64,000 bases of DNA. Source: a bacterium (GTDB lineage Bacteria > UBA8248 > JACPRG01 > G963555815). Location: assembly GCA_965261595.1 (NCBI GenBank), contig CBDHDG010000007.1:832001-896000 (forward strand). Direction: 5' to 3'. The first letter of the stretch is position 1; the number at the start of each line of letters is the position of its first letter. This document shows, piece by piece, positions 41,966 through 52,072 of this stretch. A program made the translations under genes and the position numbers. The notes beneath the pieces were generated by a model. It did not search any database. It was not told the origin of the DNA and worked only from the letters and a program-made list of their open reading frames with translations.

Positions 41966-42469
41966 GTGATCCCCATCGTTGTCGGTCTCATGGCGGTGTT
42001 CGCGGCGGCGGCCGTGGTCCTTCCCTTTGTTCGCGGGGAAAGCGGCGAGAATGCCGATGACGCCGAGTCGCACCTTGAGGAGCTGCTCGAGAGGAAGGAT
42101 GTAATCTACGGCGCCCTGAAAGAGCTGGATTTCGACCGCACGGCCGGGAAGCTCTTGGATCCCGATTTTCTCCGGCTCGAGGCTCAGTACCGGGAGCGGG
42201 CCATCGGCGTCCTGCAGGAGATCGACGCGCTGGTGGAGACAAGGGATCCCGAGGCGGACCTCTCCGAGGCGGGCCTCTCCGAAGCCCTGGAGCGGGAAAT
42301 CCTGGCCCTTCGCAAGGCGGTTCGGGTGGAGGACCCTTCGCCCGAGACCGCGCCGGATGCCCGGGACGACCCGCCCGAGCCTCGCTTTTGCCGCGACTGC
42401 GGCGTGCCCGTCAACTCGACCGACAAATTCTGCTCTTCCTGCGGAACCCCGTTGCGTGAAACCTCCTGA
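41966..42469 (+). CDS. Membrane-anchored CcmI-like N-domain plus zinc ribbon protein
   Basis: TM, LKELDFDRTAGKL helix, FCRDCG...FCSSCG. Confidence 0.75.
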   Translation: MIPIVVGLMAVFAAAAVVLPFVRGESGENADDAESHLEELLERKDVIYGALKELDFDRTAGKLLDPDFLRLEAQYRERAIGVLQEIDALVETRDPEADLSEAGLSEALEREILALRKAVRVEDPSPETAPDARDDPPEPRFCRDCGVPVNSTDKFCSSCGTPLRETS

Positions 42470-43808
42470 AGCGGGCTCGATTCGCGGGATGCCGCGCGGG
42501 CCTTGGCCGGCGCCGCGGCTCGAATTGCGATCCGTCCTGTTTCTCCTGTGCGTTGCGGCGGCGTTGGCCGCCCCGGTCCGGCCCGCGGCGGTCTGGGCCG
42601 CGCATGACGAGAAGCCGCCCGCCCGGCCGGGTCCCTCCCCGAAGGCTGTCTCCGAAACCGGCCGGGTTCACGGCCGGGTATTCAATGGGACGCTGAAACG
42701 GCCGCCCCCGAAGGGCGTGGAAGTGCGTTTGATCTCCTTCGGTGAGAAGGGCGTCACCCCGCTGGGCATCACGAAATCGGACGCCTCCGGCCGGTTCGTT
42801 TTTTCCGCCGTGAAGGCCCCCGCGGCGGGGAAAGGCCACCTGCTGGCCGTGACCCAACACCTGGGCGTTCCTTATTTCGCCCTTGCCCGGACCGGGGGGA
42901 AGGAGACCCGACTGCTCATTTTCGACCTGACGCGGGACCCCTCGAAAATCGTCGTCGAGGACCACCAGGTCCTGGTCCGGTACGAACAGGAGCGGCTGGT
43001 CTTCCGCGAGACCGTCCGCCTCGCCAACACGGGCGCGGCCACGTACGCGGGGAAGGACGGCGAGACCCTGGCCTTCACCCTGCCGGACGGTGCGGAATTG
43101 CTTCGGTCTCCGGAGGGGTTGAATCCCAAAGCGGTCAAGATGATGGGCCGCCGGGTGATCTCCGCCGAACCGGTCCGGCCGGGGATCAGGCAGGTGAAAC
43201 TGGTGTACGCCGTGCGCGAGCCTCCCGCCCAGCTTCCGGTCGAGAAGAGGTTTCAGTTCCGGACCCGCCGGTTCCAGGTCATGACGATGGAGTTCGGGAT
43301 GCGCCAGCCGCTCTCCTCGGACCTGAAGTACGAAGGCGTCTTCGGCGAAAACCTGGGAGACCGTTTCCACGTCGCTTCGAAGACGGACGTTTCTCCGGGG
43401 GCCCGAATCCGGTTCACGATCAGCCGGGACGTGGAGAGCAAGTTCGCCGAGACCGTCTTTTTCGTCGTCGCCGCCCTGGTCGTTCTGGGCATTGCCGTTC
43501 CCTTCGCCCTCCGCCGCCGCCGTGTCGCCCGCATCGCGGCCGAGAACACCGGAAAGAATGAGGGGGAGGGGGGGGGGGTGAAGCCGAAGGCTCCGCCTCC
43601 TCCGCCCGCGAAATCCGCCCGGGAAGGATCCGCTCCGAGCCTGACCCCGGCCGCTTCGGACCGGGAGCGGACCGAGGTTTTACGGCTGATTGCCGCGCTG
43701 GATGACGACCGGAAGGGGGGGAAGATTCCCGAGGGGGAATATGAAGCCAAGAGGGCGGCGCTGAAGCGGCGCGCCCTGGATCTCTCCAAGCGGATGGCGG
43801 GAAATTGA
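42456..43808 (+). CDS. Exported beta-rich membrane-anchored protein of the ccm operon
   Basis: Signal/TM, GRVHGRV..NGT and SDASGRF (carboxypeptidase-regulatory-like), second TM, LDD..GKI...Y tail; start approximate. Confidence 0.7.
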   Translation: MKPPEAGSIRGMPRGPWPAPRLELRSVLFLLCVAAALAAPVRPAAVWAAHDEKPPARPGPSPKAVSETGRVHGRVFNGTLKRPPPKGVEVRLISFGEKGVTPLGITKSDASGRFVFSAVKAPAAGKGHLLAVTQHLGVPYFALARTGGKETRLLIFDLTRDPSKIVVEDHQVLVRYEQERLVFRETVRLANTGAATYAGKDGETLAFTLPDGAELLRSPEGLNPKAVKMMGRRVISAEPVRPGIRQVKLVYAVREPPAQLPVEKRFQFRTRRFQVMTMEFGMRQPLSSDLKYEGVFGENLGDRFHVASKTDVSPGARIRFTISRDVESKFAETVFFVVAALVVLGIAVPFALRRRRVARIAAENTGKNEGEGGGVKPKAPPPPPAKSAREGSAPSLTPAASDRERTEVLRLIAALDDDRKGGKIPEGEYEAKRAALKRRALDLSKRMAGN

Positions 43809-45376
43809 GTCTTTCGGCGCGGCCCGCCGAATCGGCCGGGGAAGAGATCAGTCCCGCCCGGGACGTTTGTCCCGCTCCCGGCGCCCGCCTCTCCGCCCGG
43901 GGCCTGACGCGCAGGTTCGGCCCGCTCGTGGCGGTCGAAGACGTGGACATTTCCCTGCCCGCCGGGCGCCTCCTCTCGGTGTTCGGTCCCAACGGCGCAG
44001 GGAAGACGACCCTGCTGAAGATGCTCTCCCTCCTCTCCCGCCCGACGGCGGGCCGGATTTGGGTGGACGGGGAGGAGGCGGTCCGGGGGGCCGCGGCCCG
44101 GATGCTGCGCCGGCGCATGGGGTTTCTTTCCCATCAACCCCTTCTCTACGGCCATCTCAGTCCCCGGGAGAACCTATTCTTCTACGGTCGGCTCTATGGC
44201 GTCCCCGGGGTCCGGGAGAGGGCGGAGGAGGTCCTGGCCTTTGTGGGGCTGGCCGATCGGGCGGACGATTCGGTCCGGGGTTTTTCCAGGGGGATGGCGC
44301 AGCGGGCGTCCATCGCTCGGGCGCTGATTCACGACCCCGACATCCTCTTTCTGGACGAGCCGTTTGCGGGCCTCGACCGGCCGGGCGCGCGGATGCTGAT
44401 GGACACCCTCGGGCGGCTGCGCGATGAGGGGAAGACGTTGGTTCTGACCACGCATCATTTGGAAATCGGACTCGCGCTGTGCGATGAGGTCGCCATTCTC
44501 GACCGGGGAAAGGTCCGGTTCGCGTCCGCGCGGTCCGGGGTGGACGCGGAAGGCTTCGCCGATCTCTACGAATCCCACACCACGGGAGAGGGAGGGGGAG
44601 GGGGGAAGCGGCGGAGGACCGTCGCGGTGGACGGGATGAGGGGGACGCATGAGGGGCCGCGCCGGACCGGATCGGCGGACGCTACGGCCGGCGGCCTTCG
44701 CGAGTATTTCACCCACGCGGCCGTTATCTTGTGGAAAGACCTCCTGTCCGAGCGCCGCTCCCGGGAGGAGATCGTCACGATGGCGGTCTTCGCCCTTCTG
44801 GTGATGGTCCTGTTCAATTTCGCCTTCGAGCTGGGGGAGCGGTGGAAGGCGTCGGTGGGCTCGGGGATTCTGTGGACGGCGTTTCTGTTCTCGTCTGTGC
44901 TGGGCATGAACCGGGCGTTCGCCATGGAAAAGGAAGGGGAGTGCATCCAGGGAATCCTGCTTTCGCCGGCGGACCGGGGGTCGGTCTTTCTGGGAAAACT
45001 GGCCGGCAATCTGGTGTTCCTGTGGATCGTCGAGGCCGTGAGCCTGCCGGTGTTCGGGGTGCTGTATGACTTTCCGCTGGACCGGCTGTTCCTCGTGCTG
45101 GGACCCGTGGTGATTCTGGCGACGATCGGGCTGGCGACCGTGGGAACGCTGTTCGCCTCCATCGCCGTCAACACCAAGGCCCGGGAGGTGATGCTGCCCC
45201 TGCTCCTGTTTCCCGTGGCGATCCCGATGGTGATCGGCGCCGCCGGTGCCACGACGGGAATCCTGGCCGGAGGGAGTCTGGCGGATCAAGCGGTCTGGTA
45301 TCGTCTGCTGGGTGTCTATGATGTGGTCTTTCTGGTAATATCCATCTGGGTCGTGGATTACGCACTGGAGGAATGA
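43805..45376 (+). CDS. ccmA: CcmA ATPase in frame with CcmB permease (apparent fusion)
   Basis: GPNGAGKTT, FSRGMAQR, LDEP, then WKDL..E.RSRE and PLLLFP CcmB motifs. Confidence 0.88.
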   Translation: MSLSARPAESAGEEISPARDVCPAPGARLSARGLTRRFGPLVAVEDVDISLPAGRLLSVFGPNGAGKTTLLKMLSLLSRPTAGRIWVDGEEAVRGAAARMLRRRMGFLSHQPLLYGHLSPRENLFFYGRLYGVPGVRERAEEVLAFVGLADRADDSVRGFSRGMAQRASIARALIHDPDILFLDEPFAGLDRPGARMLMDTLGRLRDEGKTLVLTTHHLEIGLALCDEVAILDRGKVRFASARSGVDAEGFADLYESHTTGEGGGGGKRRRTVAVDGMRGTHEGPRRTGSADATAGGLREYFTHAAVILWKDLLSERRSREEIVTMAVFALLVMVLFNFAFELGERWKASVGSGILWTAFLFSSVLGMNRAFAMEKEGECIQGILLSPADRGSVFLGKLAGNLVFLWIVEAVSLPVFGVLYDFPLDRLFLVLGPVVILATIGLATVGTLFASIAVNTKAREVMLPLLLFPVAIPMVIGAAGATTGILAGGSLADQAVWYRLLGVYDVVFLVISIWVVDYALEE

Positions 45377-46164
45377 TTGTGACTTACGCCAAAGTCCGGG
45401 AATCGAGCCCCCCGGCAACGCCGCTGAAGGATCAGTGGCTGCGGTTGGGCGCGGCGGCCTTTGACAATTTGACCGTTACGGCCGCGCTGGTCCTCATGGT
45501 GGCGGCGCTGGCGTTCGACTTCGTTCTCACGCCGAACATCACCATCCAGGTCGGGAGCGAGACCCTGGCGCTGCCCGTCATGCGGATCTTCTACATCCAC
45601 GTTCCGGCCGCCTGGGTTGCTTTTCTTGCCTTCGGTCTCGTCATGCTCGCCAGCATCGCTTACCTGGCGACCCGGGTGCGGAGGTGGGACATTTACGCCC
45701 ACGCCTGCGCCGAGGTCGGCTTCCTGTTCTGCAGCATGGTTCTGATCACGGGTCCCATCTGGGCCAAGCCCATTTGGGGCGTGTGGTGGTCCTGGGACGC
45801 CCGCCTCACGCTGACGCTTATCCTGTGGTTCATCTACCTGGCGTACCTGATGATCCGCGCGCAGGACCTCGAGCCGGAGAAGAAGGCCCGCTACTCGGCC
45901 GTCCTGGGCATCGTCGGGGCGATCTCCATCCCCGTCAACCATTTCTCCGTGATGATCTGGCGGACGATTCACCCCAAACCCGTCGTGCTCACCGAGCAGG
46001 GGATCGGAACGGGTCTGAGCGACCCGATGTTCCTGGTGGCCCTGGGCCTGACGTTCCTGGCGCTCCTGGCCGCGTTCGCCGCCCTCGCCCGACAGCGCGT
46101 GGTCCTGGAAGAGTTGCGGGACGAGGCCGAGCGGCTGCGCTTCCGGCTGGACGACGAAAGATAA
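45373..46164 (+). CDS. ccmC: Heme exporter protein CcmC
   Basis: YIHVP and WAKPIWGVWWSWDARLT (WWD motif). Confidence 0.95.
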   Translation: MIVTYAKVRESSPPATPLKDQWLRLGAAAFDNLTVTAALVLMVAALAFDFVLTPNITIQVGSETLALPVMRIFYIHVPAAWVAFLAFGLVMLASIAYLATRVRRWDIYAHACAEVGFLFCSMVLITGPIWAKPIWGVWWSWDARLTLTLILWFIYLAYLMIRAQDLEPEKKARYSAVLGIVGAISIPVNHFSVMIWRTIHPKPVVLTEQGIGTGLSDPMFLVALGLTFLALLAAFAALARQRVVLEELRDEAERLRFRLDDER

Positions 46165-46179
46165 GAAGAAAGGATCGAG

Positions 46180-46323
46180 ATGAGCTATCTGTTCGCCGCA
46201 TACACAATTGTCTGGATCATTTTGTGCGCGTACGTTTTCCGGCTGGCGAAGCAGGGCCGGGCGCTCCGCGTGGACATGGCCCGCCTGCAAGAGCGGTTGG
46301 GAGAGAGGGAAGGGAACGAATGA
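46180..46323 (+). CDS. ccmD: CcmD (47 aa, not in the ORF track)
   Basis: MSYLFAAYTIVWIILCAYVFRL TM plus charged tail, AAGGA RBS, position after ccmC. Confidence 0.85.
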   Translation: MSYLFAAYTIVWIILCAYVFRLAKQGRALRVDMARLQERLGEREGNE

Positions 46324-46844
46324 GTCGGGCCGGGGGAAGAAAAGGGCGCCGCCTGCGGCGGGCTCTTGGCGTGACGGTCGCCGCGGCGGGTCTTTGGGTG
46401 GGGGTCCTTCCGGCGGCGGGGGCCGAGCCGCCGCCCGATCCGGTGGACGTGGCCAAGTCGATCATGAGCCCCGTCTGTCCGGGCCGCCTCATCGCCGACT
46501 GTCCGAGCCCGGAGGCCGAGCAGCTCCGGGAGGTGATCCGCCGCCAGGTGAAGCAGGGAAAATCGAAGCGGGAGATCATCGACTACTTCGTCGAGGTGTA
46601 CGGTCCGAGTGTGCGGCCCGCGCCCCCGCATCGGGGCTTTTTCCTGACAGCCTGGTATCTGCCCCTGGCGCTCATGCTCTCGGGCGGCGGGGTCATTTTC
46701 CTTCTCATTCGGATCTGGTCAAGAGACGAAGGCGGTTCGGGCGGGGGAGCGGGAGAAACCCCGGCGGTTGAATCCCAGAAAGATCCCGAGTACCAGAAGT
46801 ACGCCCGGAGGTTGGATCAGGAGTTGAAAGAGTACGACCTGTAA
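46320..46844 (+). CDS. ccmH: CcmH/NrfF-like protein
   Basis: Signal peptide, IMSPVCPG..IADCPS, GKS..EIIDYFV..YG, then a TM. Confidence 0.8.
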   Translation: MSRAGGRKGRRLRRALGVTVAAAGLWVGVLPAAGAEPPPDPVDVAKSIMSPVCPGRLIADCPSPEAEQLREVIRRQVKQGKSKREIIDYFVEVYGPSVRPAPPHRGFFLTAWYLPLALMLSGGGVIFLLIRIWSRDEGGSGGGAGETPAVESQKDPEYQKYARRLDQELKEYDL

Positions 46845-46895
46845 CCCCTTCCGGCCTATCGCCGGCGAAACCGTGTCTTTCCCCACGACAAATAA

Positions 46896-46926
46896 AAGAG
46901 CGGCCCCCGAAGAGGCCGCTCTTCTT
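46896..46926. terminator. Bidirectional intrinsic terminator
   Basis: AAGAGCGGCC/GGCCGCTCTT stem between convergent genes. Confidence 0.75.
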
Positions 46927-46963
46927 GCTTGATGGTTCGATGCCCCGCCGGACTCCGGCGGAA

Positions 46964-47410
46964 TCAGCCCTCCAGCTGCCCTTTCAGGTTGTCGCCGAAC
47001 TCCTGCCACATCTTGTCGGCCTTGCCCTTGATCACGCTGTGTCCGAAGGTCCCGAGCTTACCGAATACGTTCACTTCGGTCGTGGCGCTCAGCTCGGTCT
47101 GGCTGGGGCCGAGCTCTTTCAGGTTCAGCTCAGTGGCCGTCTTCAGGCTGCTCATCTTCCCCGCTTCGTCGCCCGAGCCCTCGGACCTCATGTGGGTGGG
47201 CGGCTGCCTCTCGACGATGGCCAGTTTCACTTTGAATTTGGCCTTGATGAACCCCACCTTCGCCAAGATGTCCACGACGTATTTGTCTTCATCGACCTTC
47301 TCGACGTTCTCCACCCCCGGAACGCACGCCGCGACCTTGGAGGCGTCCAGGAGAAAGTCCCAGGTTTTCTGAATGGAGGCTTCGATGACAATGGTGTTCG
47401 CGATCTGCAT
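46964..47410 (-). CDS. CoxG/SRPBCC family protein
   Basis: WDFLLD...ACVPG and GKLGTFG motifs. Confidence 0.85.
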   Translation of the reverse strand: MQIANTIVIEASIQKTWDFLLDASKVAACVPGVENVEKVDEDKYVVDILAKVGFIKAKFKVKLAIVERQPPTHMRSEGSGDEAGKMSSLKTATELNLKELGPSQTELSATTEVNVFGKLGTFGHSVIKGKADKMWQEFGDNLKGQLEG

Positions 47411-47798
47411 GTTCGTGACTCCCTGCCGAGGGCCTTGCCGGTGGCCGCGATCATCGCCCCGTCCGGCGAGGTCCATCCATCCCCGGCAACCGATTCCTGC
47501 CGCCGGGTCCGGTCTGAAAGGTGGTTGAAAACGTTCCGGCGCGGGCCGCCCGCATGCAGTCCCGAGACCGGAAATGTTCGGATATGGAACAAGGATAGTT
47601 CAGGCCTTCGGGCGTGTCAACGGCGATCTCCTCCGCTCAGGCCGGCCCGGCCGGACTTGCTGAGTGGTCCGGCGGGGAGTAAATTAGATGTGTGGAACCG
47701 TTGGGCCGTCCCGGGATGTGGGCAAGCCCGTTTCGAGTGGAAGGATCGGTCTTCGGCCGCGTGCGGCCCAATTTCCAAGGGTTGGGAGGAAATCCGAG

Positions 47799-48125
47799 AT
47801 GTCGGAGCACATGCTTGAGTTCACCGATGACGAGTTCGACACGCAGGTGGTGAATGCCGATCTTCCCACGATGGTGGACTTCTGGGCCGACTGGTGCGCG
47901 CCCTGCAAGATGATCGCTCCGGTCGTCAAGGCGCTGGCCGAAGAGAACGCCGGACGACTGCGCGTCGGAAAACTCAACGTGGATGAAAATCCCAAGACGG
48001 CAACCCGGTTCGGAATCCGAGGAATCCCCACGCTTCTCGTATTCAAGGGCGGCGAAGTGGTCGAGCAAATCGTGGGCGTCCGCTCGAAGAAAGACCTCCA
48101 GAAGATCGTCGATCAGAACCTCTGA
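47799..48125 (+). CDS. trxA: Thioredoxin
   Basis: VDFWADWCAPCK and GIPTL motifs. Confidence 0.96.
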   Translation: MSEHMLEFTDDEFDTQVVNADLPTMVDFWADWCAPCKMIAPVVKALAEENAGRLRVGKLNVDENPKTATRFGIRGIPTLLVFKGGEVVEQIVGVRSKKDLQKIVDQNL

Positions 48126-48244
48126 GCCGTTCCCCCTCCCCCCTTCGGCCGGAATAGGCGGGGCAGGAGGAGGGGGAGGGCCGTTGTCCGCTTCCCGCGC
48201 GCCCGTCCCCGATCCGAGGACCCGATACAGATTGAAGCCGACCC

Positions 48245-49075
48245 ATGCCGCCTGATCCGGCGACGCCTCCGCTCCCCCGCGGCTTGCGGATTTTCTCTTT
48301 TTCCGGCGCAAAGGGCAGTCTGTCCAGCAGCGTCAACGCCTACCTCCTGGAAGGTGAGCGGCCCGTCCTGATCGACGCCGGGTTTTCCGGAAAGGACAGG
48401 GGAATGGAGGGAAATCTTTCCGCCTTCGGCGTCGGAACCCTGCTTCTTACGCATCTGCATCGCGACCACGCGGGCGGGGCGGGCGCGCTCTCCCGCGCGG
48501 GGTTCGGGGTCTGCCTTCACCGGGCGGAGACCCAGCTCTACGCGGACCGGATCGACGGCCTGAGCGGCGTCCGGCATCTCCGGGATGGAGAGACCGTGGA
48601 ATCCCCGCTGGGACCGCTCGTTGCGCTTCTCACGCCCGGACATGCCCGGGGGCATCTCTGTTTCCACTGGGAAGAGGAGGGGATCCTGTTCTCGGGGGAC
48701 CTGGTCACCGGCGAGCCTTCATCCTGGGTCGGGACGCCGGATGGCGACATGGCCGATTATCTGGCCTCATTGCGCCGGATAGCGGGTTTGCCCCTCCGGC
48801 TCCTTCTCTCCGGTCACGGCCCTCCCGTTGAAAATCCGGCGGAGAAGATCGAGGCTTACATTCAGCGGCGCCTAGAGCGGGAGGGCGATATCCTCCGGCT
48901 TCTGGGAAGCGGGGAGGCCGCCGTTGCGGACCTGACCCGCCGGATCTACCACGGCCGGGGGTTGAGTCCGGGGCTTCAGGGGTTCGCGGAGAAAACGGTG
49001 GAGGCGCACCTCGTCAAGCTCTATGCCGAGGGCCGGGTGAAACGGTCGGCCGAGGGCGCGTACGCCTTGACCTGA
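48245..49075 (+). CDS. MBL-fold metallo-hydrolase with C-terminal winged helix
   Basis: THLHRDH, TPGH, SGD and SGHG motifs. Confidence 0.9.
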   Translation: MPPDPATPPLPRGLRIFSFSGAKGSLSSSVNAYLLEGERPVLIDAGFSGKDRGMEGNLSAFGVGTLLLTHLHRDHAGGAGALSRAGFGVCLHRAETQLYADRIDGLSGVRHLRDGETVESPLGPLVALLTPGHARGHLCFHWEEEGILFSGDLVTGEPSSWVGTPDGDMADYLASLRRIAGLPLRLLLSGHGPPVENPAEKIEAYIQRRLEREGDILRLLGSGEAAVADLTRRIYHGRGLSPGLQGFAEKTVEAHLVKLYAEGRVKRSAEGAYALT

Positions 49076-49133
49076 CGAATCGTCCCGGACGTTGATATCC
49101 CATGTCGTAGGGTGGGGCCGTCCGTCGTGCGTG

Positions 49134-49841
49134 CTATGCGCCCTCCGAAGACGCCGGAAGGATGGCCCGGACGAGGTCGGCCGGGGTCCCGAAGCGGAAA
49201 TCCGCCTCGACCCCCCCCCCGTCGAAGCGGGCGATATCACCGACTCCCCAGAGGGCGACGCCCGTTTTCGCCCCCGCCGCACGGCCGGCCTGGATGTCGT
49301 AGGGGGAGTCCCCGACGACCAGCGCACGGCCGGACCGTTCCGCCGAAACGCCGGCCGCGGACATCGCCCGCAGGACCCCTTCCGGGTCCGGTTTGTATTG
49401 TTCCACATCGTCGCCGGTCACCGGGGAGGTGAACCATCCCGCGAGGTCCAACAGATCGAGCGTCCACCGGGCGCCCCGTCTTCCTTTGCCCGTAAAGAGG
49501 CCGAGCTTCACGCCCGCCCCGGCAAGACGCTCCAGCGCCTCTTGAACCCCCGGAAACAGGCGAATCCTGTCCGCCGCCCGGTGGTAGTGGCCGAAGAAGA
49601 ACTCCACGGCCTCGGGGAATGAAGCCTCCGGGATGTACCGGCGCAGCATCTCTTCCTCGGGCGGCCCCATGCCCCGGAAAAGCTCTTCCCGCGAGACCCG
49701 CCGGTCGGCGAAGCGAAGGAGGGTGTTGACGAACGCTTCGAAGATGACGTCCATGGTGTCCACGAGGGTCCCGTCCAGGTCGAAGATGACGGCGTCGAAG
49801 GCGGGGCGGTCCGTATCGGGTGCGGAGTGCGTCATCGTCAT
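49134..49841 (-). CDS. HAD-family phosphatase
   Basis: FDLDGTL, KPDPEG and GDSPYD motifs. Confidence 0.9.
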   Translation of the reverse strand: MTMTHSAPDTDRPAFDAVIFDLDGTLVDTMDVIFEAFVNTLLRFADRRVSREELFRGMGPPEEEMLRRYIPEASFPEAVEFFFGHYHRAADRIRLFPGVQEALERLAGAGVKLGLFTGKGRRGARWTLDLLDLAGWFTSPVTGDDVEQYKPDPEGVLRAMSAAGVSAERSGRALVVGDSPYDIQAGRAAGAKTGVALWGVGDIARFDGGGVEADFRFGTPADLVRAILPASSEGA

Positions 49842-50117
49842 CGGGCCGAACTCCTCAAGTGAATCGGTGAAAGGGCAATCTCAATGTAGGTTGATTCGGT
49901 TGCGGTGAAAAGGGGAGCAAGGTGATCGAGTCCGGCCCCGAATTCTCTTTTCCTTGAACCGGGCCGGGCAATCTGTGTAATCTGTGGTTGAAAGGGGAAT
50001 CCGCGTCCCGAGCAACCGCCTGTTGCATCGTCATCGGGCATCGCGATTTGGTTTCTTCCTGTGTTTATGAACCTTCAGCGTAATCCGCGTATCGTGTGGA
50101 TCAAGAGAGGTCACCCT

Positions 50118-50765
50118 GTGGTCAAGGTCAAGATCTGTGGAATCACGAATGTCGATGATGCGGTGGCTGCCTTCGAAGCGGGGGCGGACGCCATCGGGCT
50201 GAACTTCGTCGAGGGCTATGCCCGCTGCATCTCTTGGGAAACGGCCAAGGAGATCACCCGGAACCTCCCCCCCCTGCTGACCGTCGTTGGGGTCTTCGCC
50301 GATGTCGAGGTCCGCGAGATTCGAACGGCCGTCCGAATCTGCCGCCTCGACACCGTTCAGCTTCACGGCGAAGAGCCGCCTCACGACTGTCACCTGTTGG
50401 CGGATACAGTCGATAACCCCATCCCCGTTATCAAGGCGTTCCGGGTCAAGGGTCCCGAGACGCTGAAGGCGATCCCCGCCTACCGGCGGGTCGGCCGCGT
50501 GATTCCCCTTCTCGACGCCTACGATCCCAAAGAGATCGGCGGGGTGGGAAAGACGTTCGCGTGGGACCTGGTCGCGGACGCCGAAGGGCTTCATCCCTTT
50601 ATCCTCTCGGGCGGACTCAATCCCGACAACGTCGCCGAGGCGATCCAGACCCTGAAGCCTTACGCTGTGGACTCCTCCAGCGGAGTCGAGGCCGAGCTTT
50701 GCAAGAAAGACCCGGAGAAAGTGCGGGCCTTCATCGAGAACGCCAAGGCCGCCGCTTCGGCCTGA
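50118..50765 (+). CDS. trpF: Phosphoribosylanthranilate isomerase
   Basis: VKICGIT, VQLHG, GGL.P.NV and DSSSGVE motifs. Confidence 0.95.
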   Translation: MVKVKICGITNVDDAVAAFEAGADAIGLNFVEGYARCISWETAKEITRNLPPLLTVVGVFADVEVREIRTAVRICRLDTVQLHGEEPPHDCHLLADTVDNPIPVIKAFRVKGPETLKAIPAYRRVGRVIPLLDAYDPKEIGGVGKTFAWDLVADAEGLHPFILSGGLNPDNVAEAIQTLKPYAVDSSSGVEAELCKKDPEKVRAFIENAKAAASA

Positions 50766-50782
50766 CCGGAGGGAAATCGCCC

Positions 50783-52072
50783 GTGAATCCCGAGGCTGCT
50801 CCCGCTCTCACGAATGCCGCCGCCCTTCCCGACGCCCAGGGGCGCTTCGGCGTCTTCGGGGGGAGGTTCGTTCCCGAGACGCTCATGCCCGCCCTCGAGG
50901 AGCTGGAGGCGGCCTACGGGCGGCTCCGCGGCGACGGGACGTTTCAAAGTGAGCTGCGCGGGCTCCTGGAGAAATTCGCCGGCCGGCCGACGCCGCTCTA
51001 CGAAGCCAAGGGCCTCTCGGCCCATCTCGGGGGGAGGGGGGGGGAGGGGGGGGTCCGGCTGTTCCTCAAGCGGGAGGACCTGCTGCACACCGGCGCGCAC
51101 AAGCTCAACAACACCCTCGCCCAGGCGCTCCTCGCCCAAAGGCTGGGGAAGAAACGGCTCATTGCCGAGACCGGCGCCGGACAGCACGGGGTGGCCGCCG
51201 GGACGGCCGCCGCCCTGCTGGGCCTCGCGTGCCGGGTCTACATGGGGACCGAGGACATCGAGCGCCAGAAGCTCAACGTCTACCGGATGGAGCTGATGGG
51301 GACCGAGGTTCACCCCGTCGATGCGGGGACGGGCACGCTGAAGGACGCCACGAGCGAATGCCTGCGGGACTGGACGGGCTCGGTCCGTGACACGCACTAC
51401 CTCCTGGGCTCGGTGGTGGGGCCGCATCCTTTTCCCATGATGATCCGGGACTTCCAGTCGGTCATCGGCCGGGAGGCGCGCGCCCAATGCCTGGCGGCGA
51501 CGGGGCGGATGCCCGACGCGCTGATTGCCTGCGTGGGCGGGGGAAGCAACGCCATCGGCCTGTTTCACCCCTTCTACGGCGAGCGCGGCGTCCGGATGGT
51601 GGGCGTCGAGGCGGGGGGGCTGGGGTTGGCGACCGGTCGGCACGGCGCTCCCCTGGGCATGGGCAAGCCCGGCGTGTTGCACGGCGGCAAGAGCTACCTG
51701 CTGTACGACGAGGACGGTCAGATCATCCCGGCCCACTCGATCTCGGCGGGCCTCGATTACCCGGGCGTCGGCCCCGAGCACAGTTTCTACCGGGATTCGC
51801 AAAGGGCGGAGTACGTCGCCGTGACGGACGAGGAGGCCCTGGAGGGCTTCGGACTCCTGGCCCGGACGGAGGGGATCATCCCCGCGCTGGAAACCGCGCA
51901 CGCCATCGCCCACCTGCCCAATCTCGTCAAGACCCTCGCCCCCGGGGCGGTTGTCATTCTCTGCCTCTCGGGGCGGGGCGATAAGGACATGGACCACGTG
52001 ATGCGATTGCGGGAAGAAGGGGAGAAGGCGTCCCCGCAAGGCGGCGCCGGGCCGGACCGGAGTCGGGACTGA
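50783..52072 (+). CDS. trpB: Tryptophan synthase beta chain
   Basis: [24 protein letters not shown] and SGRGDKD motifs. Confidence 0.97.
   Translation: MNPEAAPALTNAAALPDAQGRFGVFGGRFVPETLMPALEELEAAYGRLRGDGTFQSELRGLLEKFAGRPTPLYEAKGLSAHLGGRGGEGGVRLFLKREDLLHTGAHKLNNTLAQALLAQRLGKKRLIAETGAGQHGVAAGTAAALLGLACRVYMGTEDIERQKLNVYRMELMGTEVHPVDAGTGTLKDATSECLRDWTGSVRDTHYLLGSVVGPHPFPMMIRDFQSVIGREARAQCLAATGRMPDALIACVGGGSNAIGLFHPFYGERGVRMVGVEAGGLGLATGRHGAPLGMGKPGVLHGGKSYLLYDEDGQIIPAHSISAGLDYPGVGPEHSFYRDSQRAEYVAVTDEEALEGFGLLARTEGIIPALETAHAIAHLPNLVKTLAPGAVVILCLSGRGDKDMDHVMRLREEGEKASPQGGAGPDRSRD

Noticed and set aside
46964..47410. CO dehydrogenase locus
   Set aside because: Only a coxG-like gene is present, with no coxL/M/S.
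50561..50782. N-terminal extensions of trpB, and likewise of speB, ilvC, ccmF, ccmH and the integrase, in the ORF track
   Set aside because: They overlap upstream genes or lack an RBS; better starts with RBS lie downstream.
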